A program made the position numbers and the translations under genes. The notes under the pieces are model-generated. The model saw only the letters and a program-made list of their open reading frames with translations, made no database searches and was not told the origin of the DNA. Positions 56,720-64,000 of a stretch of DNA of 64,000 bases are shown one piece after another; the first letter of the stretch is position 1; every line of letters begins with the position of its first letter. The DNA is from Pseudomonadota bacterium (GTDB lineage Bacteria; Desulfobacterota; Desulfobacteria; Desulfobacterales; RPRI01): NCBI GenBank assembly GCA_043825875.1, contig JBDRRF010000096.1:20891-84890 (forward strand), given 5' to 3'.

Positions 56720-58162
56720 TCACCCGGTTTTTACTGGAAGGTTATCAATCTTTTTGCCACCCTCTACTAAATGAACAAGTGTGGAAATATGCTTATTAAG
56801 CATTTCCGACTGTTGTTCCATGCTTCTGGCTATTTCTGCCGCCTTTTCAGCATCGGTTGCATTTTGTTGAGTCACTTTATCAAGTTCCTGTACCGCTTTG
56901 GTTACAATATCCATGCCTTCATGCTGTTCTTTGGACGCGGAAGAAATATCATTAAGCAAAACAGCTGTCTTGTCGGTAATTTCAAGAGCACTTTTAAATG
57001 CACTTTCCGTAACATTTACAAACTCAACACCTTTAGAAACCCGCTTGCGTGTTCCTTCAAGCATTTCCGATGTAACTTTAGCTGCACTGGCAGCCCGCAT
57101 TGCAAGGCTTCTCACTTCATCAGCCACAACTGCAAAACCGCTTCCTGCCTCTCCGGCTCTTGCCGCTTCAACAGCCGCATTTAAAGCCAATAAGTTTGTC
57201 TGAAAAGCTATTTCGTCAATTGTTTTTATAATCTTGTAAGTTTCTTCATTTGTATCCGAAATCTCTTTCATTGCATCTATTAATTCCTGCATGGCCTTGT
57301 TTGAATTGTCCATAACATTTTTTGCCTGCAACATCAGATCATTTGCTTCGGAAGCATTTTCAGCATTGTTTGCTGTCATAGATGATACTTCATCTATAGA
57401 AACGCTGGTTTCATCTATTGAGGCTGCTTGTTGAAAAGCATTAGAAGCCAGCGAATTACTTGCCGTAGAGGTTTGATTGGCAGAAGATGATGTTTGGGAT
57501 GCGCTATCGACAAGATCCCTGATAATAGCATTGATAGGCTTGGATACTGTCCATTTCATAAGAATATAAATTATTGCCGAGACAGCAATGAGTATTATTA
57601 TTGAACCGATAATCATCTTTTTTGTCAGATCGGAAACAATCAAGTTGAGTTCCGACAAATCATAAGAGAGCGAAAGAACCCCTCCAACACTACCTTGTTT
57701 CCAGTTATGATGACAGCGAATACAGTCGGCATTAACAATCTGTGGACCGTATATATCAATTTTTCCTGAACTGATAACCTCAACCACATCTTTTTTTTCA
57801 GTAATATTCTTAAATATTTTATTATCTAAAACCATTCCTTCAAGGTTATTTGTGGAAGAAGAAAGATTGACTTTCCCCTGCTGATCATAGAGTGTCACGT
57901 CCAAAACACCTTTGATGTCTCTCTGGCGCACCAGCAGTTTTTGGAAATTACCCATCTGACCGCGCTCCAAAGAGTCGCGTACTCCCTGCTCAAGCGATTC
58001 AAAAAGGGTATGAATGGAAGTAATGTAGTTTCCTGTTATCCTTTTTTTTACAAAACTTGTTATAAAGCCCGTTCCGGTTGTAAGAAACACAAACATTATC
58101 AGAAACAGAAAGAACATAATTTTGCCTGTAACTGATAAATTAGCAAATGATTTCCCCTGCAT
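56720..58162 (-). CDS. Methyl-accepting chemotaxis protein with periplasmic c-type heme (CxxCH) sensor domain
   Basis: Two transmembrane helices flank a domain containing CIRCH; signalling tip [37 protein letters not shown]. Confidence 0.92.
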   Translation of the reverse strand: MQGKSFANLSVTGKIMFFLFLIMFVFLTTGTGFITSFVKKRITGNYITSIHTLFESLEQGVRDSLERGQMGNFQKLLVRQRDIKGVLDVTLYDQQGKVNLSSSTNNLEGMVLDNKIFKNITEKKDVVEVISSGKIDIYGPQIVNADCIRCHHNWKQGSVGGVLSLSYDLSELNLIVSDLTKKMIIGSIIILIAVSAIIYILMKWTVSKPINAIIRDLVDSASQTSSSANQTSTASNSLASNAFQQAASIDETSVSIDEVSSMTANNAENASEANDLMLQAKNVMDNSNKAMQELIDAMKEISDTNEETYKIIKTIDEIAFQTNLLALNAAVEAARAGEAGSGFAVVADEVRSLAMRAASAAKVTSEMLEGTRKRVSKGVEFVNVTESAFKSALEITDKTAVLLNDISSASKEQHEGMDIVTKAVQELDKVTQQNATDAEKAAEIARSMEQQSEMLNKHISTLVHLVEGGKKIDNLPVKTG

Positions 58163-58165
58163 TGC

Positions 58166-59089
58166 TTAACTCCTTTCTATGGGTTTTTTTTGTTCGGATA
58201 GTCTGTAGAAAGGAAAATCCTTTTTCCGGGCAAAGTTTGGCCAGGCGCAACCGATACATGGTGCATTGGCAGCAATACACCAACTTTGGCTGAGGTTCCA
58301 CCATCTGTTAGGACAATCTGCGGCAGTATCCGGTCCTAAACAGCCTAATTTAAATAAACAGCCTGCTTCACCAAGTTTGGTAGCAAATATTTCCTGCTGG
58401 AAGTCATGATATCTTGGACATTGTTCATGGATTTTTTTGCTGTAAAAAAGAGCCGGTGAACCCTGGTCAGTCAATTCCGGGAGTCCAACTTTAACTATGT
58501 TTATAATTGTTTGCCAAACCCAGTCCGGGTGCACCGAACAACCGCGCAAGTTAATAATAAGCTTATTTATGTTACGTTGTTTATAATATTGTCTAAGACT
58601 GATTGCACCGGTTAAATTACCTTCAGCTGCCGGGATACCGCCGTCGCTTGCGCATGAGCCAACAGCTACTGCACCGATCATAGTACTTGCTGCCGCCTCA
58701 AGATATTGAGCAAAGACTTTGTCTCCGATTACACAAGCCTCCGGCATTTTTGCCGGGATGGCTCCTTCTACTGCCAGATAATAGTCGCCTTCTTTGCCTG
58801 AAATATATTTTTCAATAAGATCTAATGCTTTTTTTCCGGAAACAGCTGACAGGTCGGCATGAAAAGCCAGCTGCGAATAATTGGTAATAAGTGTAAGCGG
58901 AGACGGTGAAGCGGCCTGCAAAAGTGAAACCGAACAACCTGAACACGATTGTCCCTGAAGATATATAAGCTTGGGTATGCTTTGGGGCTCTATTTTTTTC
59001 AGAGCTGCAATAACCGGTTTAGGCAGGTTAAGAATGCCAAAAGCGGCGCTTAACGTGGCCCCAAGTTTCAAAAATTCCCTTCTATCCAT
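58166..59089 (-). CDS. [NiFe] hydrogenase small subunit, Tat-exported
   Basis: Tat motif MDRREFLK after RBS GGAGG. FeS ligands CSGC, GSC, GC, HEQC, CLFKLGC, CPNR and WCIAANAPCIGC. No C-terminal transmembrane helix. Confidence 0.93.
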   Translation of the reverse strand: MDRREFLKLGATLSAAFGILNLPKPVIAALKKIEPQSIPKLIYLQGQSCSGCSVSLLQAASPSPLTLITNYSQLAFHADLSAVSGKKALDLIEKYISGKEGDYYLAVEGAIPAKMPEACVIGDKVFAQYLEAAASTMIGAVAVGSCASDGGIPAAEGNLTGAISLRQYYKQRNINKLIINLRGCSVHPDWVWQTIINIVKVGLPELTDQGSPALFYSKKIHEQCPRYHDFQQEIFATKLGEAGCLFKLGCLGPDTAADCPNRWWNLSQSWCIAANAPCIGCAWPNFARKKDFPFYRLSEQKKPIERS

Positions 59090-59207
59090 TATAAAATAAT
59101 ACCTCCCTATATTAAGCAGGTTCAAACATTGATCATATTTAAAAAAATTATAATACTATCTTTTATATTCCTGGTGTATAAAGGATTCAATTTCAGTATA
59201 TGTTTCT

Positions 59208-60719
59208 TCAGTGTACAGCGCAGGCAATACATGGATCAAAAGAATGCACAATCCTGACAGCCTCTATCTGATCTTCAGGGTCTTGCACACGAGTTCCTAT
59301 AAGGGCTGATTCCATGGCACCCGGCTGATTATTATCGTCTCTGGGAGAAGCATTCCAGGTAGTCGGCACTACACATTCATATCTTTCAATTTTGTAGTTC
59401 TTGATGCGTATATAATGTAGTAATGCTCCTCTTGATGCTTCAGTAGCACCGAAACCTTCACCGGATTCTGGTATTTTAATATCAGCTATTGTGGGTCCTT
59501 TTGTATCAAGCCGCTCAGTCTCATCAAGCAGAAAGTCGGCAATAACGGCACCACAGATAGCCCGGCTTAAATAACGCCCAAGAACCGAGTTGATCTTTGA
59601 AGGTTTTATGCCCACTTGACCGGCAAATGTATCTACAAGCTTTTTCACTTTAGGATTATGCCCCTGGTGATAATCAACAAGTATGCGGGCGGCACTTCCA
59701 ACTTCTAACATTTGACCCTGATAACGCGGAGCCTTTATCCAGGAATAAGCGCCACTTTTATGGGGAGATGGGGTTAAAGTCGAATCTTTAACTTTAAGTC
59801 CGCTTGGCGATGAATACAATGAATGTTTCACATCTTCAGTAATCAACTCAAAATTCACAGGCGATATATCACCGTTTAAAAGTACTCCGGAAGAAAACAC
59901 TCTTTCGCTATTAGTTTCGGAAGTTACCGGCAACAGTCCAAAGGATAGAAATCCGCCTTTGCTGGCTCCTATTTTCCAGTATTCTGGAAATGCCTTTGCC
60001 ACTGCCATAACATCGGGGATATACTTATTATGGTAAAAATCACGAACTTCGCGAATCAAAGACTGATACGATGCGATAAGATCAATTCTTGCATTTTGCG
60101 TGCAGCCTCCTGGGAAAATAGAAGTACTATGCGGGAATTTGCCTCCGAATATTGCCGCTGCGGCATTAGCCTTTTTCTGTATCTCCATGGCTTCGATATA
60201 GTGCTTCAAAGCTCCGATATTGAGGTCTTTATCTTTAATGTATTTTCCAGATAATCTTGGCAGAAATGGAGCCGCAGGATATGATTTGCCTGAAGCAAGC
60301 TCGGCCTGCACCCAGTTTTTTACCTTAAGAAGATCTGCGTCTTTTCCCTTATATTGAAGAATGGCTGTAACATCAATAAAATCTAAAGCCGCGAGCTGAT
60401 AAAACTGCAACAGGTAATCATATAAATGATTTGCTCCTTGTATCAGGTTATGCATGATGCGCCCGTTAGGAGGCACATTTAAATTATATGTGCTTTCCTG
60501 CGCATATGAAGATGCAATAGCATGAGCATAGGGACATACACCACAAATCCTTTGAGTAATCTGCTGTGCGTCAAGCGGGTCCCTTCCTTGAAGAAAAACC
60601 TCAAAGCCCCTAAACATCTCGCCCTTACAGCGGGCATCAACAATTTTATTCTTTTCAACTGTAGTTTCAATATTTAAATGACCTTCAATTCTTGTTATCG
60701 GACCAAGGCTAACTTTCAT
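59208..60719 (-). CDS. [NiFe] hydrogenase large subunit (group 1a-like motifs) without C-terminal extension
   Basis: GPITRIEGH, L1 QRICGVCPYAH, L2 SFDPCIACAVH followed directly by TGA; RBS GGAGG. Confidence 0.95.
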   Translation of the reverse strand: MKVSLGPITRIEGHLNIETTVEKNKIVDARCKGEMFRGFEVFLQGRDPLDAQQITQRICGVCPYAHAIASSYAQESTYNLNVPPNGRIMHNLIQGANHLYDYLLQFYQLAALDFIDVTAILQYKGKDADLLKVKNWVQAELASGKSYPAAPFLPRLSGKYIKDKDLNIGALKHYIEAMEIQKKANAAAAIFGGKFPHSTSIFPGGCTQNARIDLIASYQSLIREVRDFYHNKYIPDVMAVAKAFPEYWKIGASKGGFLSFGLLPVTSETNSERVFSSGVLLNGDISPVNFELITEDVKHSLYSSPSGLKVKDSTLTPSPHKSGAYSWIKAPRYQGQMLEVGSAARILVDYHQGHNPKVKKLVDTFAGQVGIKPSKINSVLGRYLSRAICGAVIADFLLDETERLDTKGPTIADIKIPESGEGFGATEASRGALLHYIRIKNYKIERYECVVPTTWNASPRDDNNQPGAMESALIGTRVQDPEDQIEAVRIVHSFDPCIACAVH

Positions 60720-60905
60720 CAACACCCTCCGTGGACTGGGTTACTTTATAGAAACCAATATAGCGACTTTATTTTGGCGGAATAATTTCACCGCCATTAA
60801 TTTGACATAAAACACACAATAACATTGAATTTCTAATATCATTATGATATTTATATGATAAATTCATATAAGTACCGTGCAATAACATTAAATCAACTTT
60901 AATAT

Positions 60906-60921
60906 TGCAAATAGCGTTCCA
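60906..60921 (-). promoter_or_regulatory. Candidate sigma54 (-24/-12) promoter of the hydrogenase operon
   Basis: Minus strand TGGAACGCTATTTGCA versus consensus TGGCACG-N4-TTGC(A/T): one mismatch, correct spacing, about 190 nt upstream of the large subunit. Confidence 0.7.
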
Positions 60922-61047
60922 GGTGTAATGGAATATACCGATAAAGGTGGACTAGTATAAAATCTATATTACCAGGTTATATAATTTATCTTGATCCTCG
61001 GTTGCACCGTCGGCTCCTGATTTAAAGTTTGTAAAGTGAAGAAAAAT

Positions 61048-61431
61048 ATGAGCAACATACTTATAGTAGGTATAGGTGGTTTTACAGGCGCAATTTTAAG
61101 ATACCTGATTAGTGGATATATTCAAAACTTGACACAAAAAGCCGCGTTTCCTTTTGGAACCCTGGCAGTAAATATTACAGGCTGTTTTTTGATCGGTATT
61201 TTTTCCCAGCTTGTAGAATCTCAGGCCGGCTTGTCATCCGAACTTCGCACATTTCTTATAATCGGGCTTTTAGGCGCTTACACTACATATTCTACATTCA
61301 GCAACGAAACCATGAATCTTTTACAGAGCCAACAGTTTTTTCATGCATTGATAAACGTAGGAACTCATTTGTTTTTAGGGTTATTAGCTGTATTAATTGG
61401 CCGTTTTACAATAATTGCATTGTGGAGGTAA
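61048..61431 (+). CDS. crcB: Fluoride efflux channel CrcB/FluC
   Basis: GGFTGAILRY, FPFGTLAVN and GLLGAYTTYSTFS motifs. Confidence 0.95.
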   Translation: MSNILIVGIGGFTGAILRYLISGYIQNLTQKAAFPFGTLAVNITGCFLIGIFSQLVESQAGLSSELRTFLIIGLLGAYTTYSTFSNETMNLLQSQQFFHALINVGTHLFLGLLAVLIGRFTIIALWR

Positions 61432-61436
61432 TATAA

Positions 61437-61781
61437 ATGAACCTTCCGCCTGAAGGTCAACTGCTTCGAATATTTATCGGAGAAAGCGATAAATATGAAG
61501 GAAAACCATTGTATGAATGGCTGGTAATTAAAGCAAAAGAACACGGTTTGGCAGGTGCTACTGCAATTCGCGGATTAATGGGCTTTGGCGCAAATAGCCG
61601 TATACATACTTCAAAAATAATGAGATTATCTCTAGATTTACCGATCATTGTTGAAATAGTTGATACGCATGAAAAAATAAAAGAATTTCTTGGTATTATC
61701 GAAAGTGTAGTAAAAGAAGGTTTAGTAACCCTTGAAAAAGCAGATATTCGTCTTTACAGAAGCGGTAAGCAAAAAGAATAA
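61437..61781 (+). CDS. DUF190 (PII-like) protein
   Basis: LLRIFIGESD...GKPLYE...GLAGAT...DLPIIVEIVD; usual crcB neighbour. Confidence 0.9.
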   Translation: MNLPPEGQLLRIFIGESDKYEGKPLYEWLVIKAKEHGLAGATAIRGLMGFGANSRIHTSKIMRLSLDLPIIVEIVDTHEKIKEFLGIIESVVKEGLVTLEKADIRLYRSGKQKE

Positions 61782-61818
61782 ACACAATCTATGTTTTCTT
61801 AATTGGAGGCTTATAATT

Positions 61819-62151
61819 ATGGGAAAAAATACGGAGATAAAAATGCCTGTCAATTCCACAACTGCTTGTTCGTCTTCTGCGGAAGATGATACTTACAAAA
61901 GTAAATTTCATGATTTGCGCGATTTAACCAGATCTATTTTCCATGAATTAAGTCAGCCGATTACAATTTTATTGGGATACTCAGAAATAATGTTATCAAA
62001 TATGGATACAAATGATCCTTTGTATAAAAAATTACATGAAATAAACAAACAGGCTGACAAAGCAGATGAAATAATTCGCAGAATGCACAATAAGATAAAA
62101 TATATCGAAGAAGACAACACATCCGGCAGTAAAATAATAGGTAAAATATAA
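61819..62151 (+). CDS. Small stand-alone HisKA (DHp) domain protein
   Basis: H-box IFHELSQPITILLGYSE; no ATPase domain; ATG 61819 after GGAGG. Confidence 0.7.
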   Translation: MGKNTEIKMPVNSTTACSSSAEDDTYKSKFHDLRDLTRSIFHELSQPITILLGYSEIMLSNMDTNDPLYKKLHEINKQADKADEIIRRMHNKIKYIEEDNTSGSKIIGKI

Positions 62152-62157
62152 TTAGAG

Positions 62158-63999
62158 TTAATAAGCCACACAACGAAAACCCAGTATATTTGAGTGCCCA
62201 TCCGGTTCAAGCTGGAGCCGGCTGAAAAGCCGGATATCATCTCCTGAGATCCAACATCCTCCCTTTCCTATCATAAATTTATCGATCCGGCCTAAAGTCC
62301 ATTCGAAAACATTGCCCAACATATCAACGAGACCAAATTTATTTTCAAAATCATGATAATTCTCTACAGAAGTTGTTCCGCATACAGAACTATCTTCTAT
62401 ATTACAAGCTTCTTTTTTAAATTTGTTCCCCCAGGGCAATAAGTTACCCTTGGCAGTTCTTGATGCAGCTTCCCATTCATCTTCAGTTGGCAATCTCTTA
62501 CCAGTCCATGAAGCAAAAGCCATAGCATCTTCTAAACTGATCTGCACAACAGGATGATTCCGTTTTTTATGTATCATACTCCCAGGGCCACTTGGTTGAT
62601 ACCAACATGCACCTTTAACTGTTTTTTGTTTAGTTGTGGCATTAAAAAGAAGTTTTTCCATACCGGTTTTTTCATCAACAGTTTTTTCATATCTTCCGAA
62701 GTATACTTTACCATATCCGCGTTTTTCCGCTGTTGTTTTATATCCGGTTTTTTCTACAAATACTTCAAAAAGTGCATTTGTTACCGGATATTTACCAATA
62801 TAATAGGCTGGCAGGTCAACTGCTTTTTCAAGGCTTTCGCCTTTTTTAGGCCGTTTACTTCCGATGATGTAAACACCTTCCGGGATAAGGATATATTGAT
62901 TATAGTATTTATCCATTGCAGCAAGAGAATGGTTAAATTCTTCTGCCAAAAACTTGGCCTTATTATTATCTACAGGCTTGGTTTCACTGATATCAAAATC
63001 TTCTTCGAATATTTTAGCATTAGAATCATTGCCTGCACTATCGCCACCTTCGCCGCCTAACCCGACATCTTCTGCAATGTCTTCCGGCTCGACCTCTTCG
63101 ATTATCTCAAGGTCTTCAGTTTCTTCATTTATGTCATCTGTTGTTTCAATAGTGCCTGTAACAGAAACATCACCCTCAGCATACGATTCTGAGCCATCGC
63201 CGTTACCAGCACCTAAGCCAACTTCTTCTTCGATATCGTCAGACTCGATTTCTTCGATTATCTCAAGGTCTTCGTTATCATCATCTATGACATCTATTTC
63301 TTCAAAAGCATCTACTCCGGAAGCATCAGCAGCACTGCCATCTTCTCCATCTGTTTTAGAATCAGTTTTATCTCCGGGTTTGTCTCCCGAACCTCCTTCA
63401 GCACTCTCCTCTGATCCTAAACCAGTATGATCGGAGACATCTTTTGTCGATATTCCTGAGATATCTTCTTTGCCACTTTCTTCACTTTCCGATCCACCTT
63501 TGTCTCCGCTTCTATACCCAGTGTCAGTAAGATCAGAACCGTCCGTTTCAGATATTCCGCTTTTATCTTTTTCATCACCTCCTGCACTTTCCGCTTCAGA
63601 ACCTGATGCTTCTAAGAGGTCGTCTGGGATATTTTCTGTAGCTGCTTCAATTACTTCATCTATATTTTCATTATGTGCTTCTTCAATTTCTTCAAGATCG
63701 TCGGACTCTATCTCTTCTATTATCTCAAGATCTTCGGTATCTTCATTTATGTCATCTTTTGTTTCAAGAGCACCTGTAGCAGAAACATCACCTTCAGCGT
63801 GCGATTCTACTCCATCGCCTTTACCGGCATCTAACCCAGCTTCTTCTTCGGTATCATCAGACTCGATTTCTTCGATTATCTCAAAGTCTTCGTTGTCATC
63901 ATCTATTACATCTATTTCTTCAAAAGCATCATTTCCTGAAACAGCAGCACTGCCATCTTCTCCATCTGTTTTAGAATCAGTTATATTTCCGGATTCGTC
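62158..63999 (-). CDS. FGE-sulfatase (SUMF1/PvdO-like) domain protein with a long acidic repetitive region; 5' end outside the window
   Basis: Frame is open from 63999 to the stop at 62158. C-terminal YPVTN, HPVVQIS, RLPTEDEWE, DMLGNVFEW and GFRC; upstream D/E/G/S-rich repeats. Confidence 0.85.
   Translation of the reverse strand, partial: DESGNITDSKTDGEDGSAAVSGNDAFEEIDVIDDDNEDFEIIEEIESDDTEEEAGLDAGKGDGVESHAEGDVSATGALETKDDINEDTEDLEIIEEIESDDLEEIEEAHNENIDEVIEAATENIPDDLLEASGSEAESAGGDEKDKSGISETDGSDLTDTGYRSGDKGGSESEESGKEDISGISTKDVSDHTGLGSEESAEGGSGDKPGDKTDSKTDGEDGSAADASGVDAFEEIDVIDDDNEDLEIIEEIESDDIEEEVGLGAGNGDGSESYAEGDVSVTGTIETTDDINEETEDLEIIEEVEPEDIAEDVGLGGEGGDSAGNDSNAKIFEEDFDISETKPVDNNKAKFLAEEFNHSLAAMDKYYNQYILIPEGVYIIGSKRPKKGESLEKAVDLPAYYIGKYPVTNALFEVFVEKTGYKTTAEKRGYGKVYFGRYEKTVDEKTGMEKLLFNATTKQKTVKGACWYQPSGPGSMIHKKRNHPVVQISLEDAMAFASWTGKRLPTEDEWEAASRTAKGNLLPWGNKFKKEACNIEDSSVCGTTSVENYHDFENKFGLVDMLGNVFEWTLGRIDKFMIGKGGCWISGDDIRLFSRLQLEPDGHSNILGFRCVAY
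63080..63999 (-). repeat. Intragenic direct repeat (about 300 bp units, period about 615 bp)
   Basis: TCCATCTGTTTTAGAATCAGTT at 63346 and 63961; motif ED(L/F)EIIEE(I/V)E occurs four times. Confidence 0.8.
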
Positions 64000-64000
64000 T

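Noticed and set aside
59190..59240. [NiFeSe] hydrogenase or selenocysteine read-through at the TGA
   Set aside because: The Sec position in the L2 motif is encoded as TGT (Cys). The TGA follows the terminal His, and another stop comes four codons later.
60922..61047. Fluoride riboswitch upstream of crcB
   Set aside because: A small hairpin (GGTGTAATGGAATATACC) exists, but I could not find the conserved GATGG...GCTRATGAC core or a pseudoknot partner. An Rfam crcB scan would settle it.
62158..62300. Diversity-generating retroelement target at the FGE-domain C-terminus
   Set aside because: No template repeat differing at adenines and no reverse transcriptase were seen in the window.
62554..63430. 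Plus-strand ORFs 62554-63060 and 62954-63430, and similar antisense ORFs such as 2023-2670, 9051-9665 and 45591-46007
   Set aside because: Antisense shadows of well-supported genes; the Ser-rich content mirrors Glu/Asp codons on the coding strand.

Overview
AT-rich bacterial chromosome segment, probably from a sulfate-reducing Desulfobacterales-type deltaproteobacterium (inferred from gene content). Bases 1-24.4 kb are accessory. They hold a tandem array of three caspase-like (peptidase C14) genes, two complete and encoding ankyrin-caspase lipoproteins, plus a DUF4384-like partner. They also hold radical SAM, RDD, SWIB, CNNM and EEP genes, a MalT-type regulator upstream of a vWA-ExbB-ExbD-ExbD-TPR-MORN operon, and metF. 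Beyond tRNA-Arg(CCG) lies a housekeeping block (folC, rpsU, adk, eno, pyrG, a very long glmS-like gene, kdsB, tatA, ssb, hisI, hisG, engB, era) interrupted by a decayed low-GC nuclease islet. At 51-61 kb is an operon with a candidate sigma54 promoter. It encodes a Tat-exported [NiFe] hydrogenase whose large subunit has no cleavable tail, followed directly by a c-type-heme chemoreceptor and hypABFCDE. This is the best candidate for an undescribed system (periplasmic H2-sensing taxis). Intergenic DNA carries six copies of a 142-165 bp MITE, four with perfect 4-bp target duplications. A 22-23 nt micro-insertion occurs inside MITEs, inside a REP-like repeat and inside itself. All calls are from reading the sequence; no searches were run.
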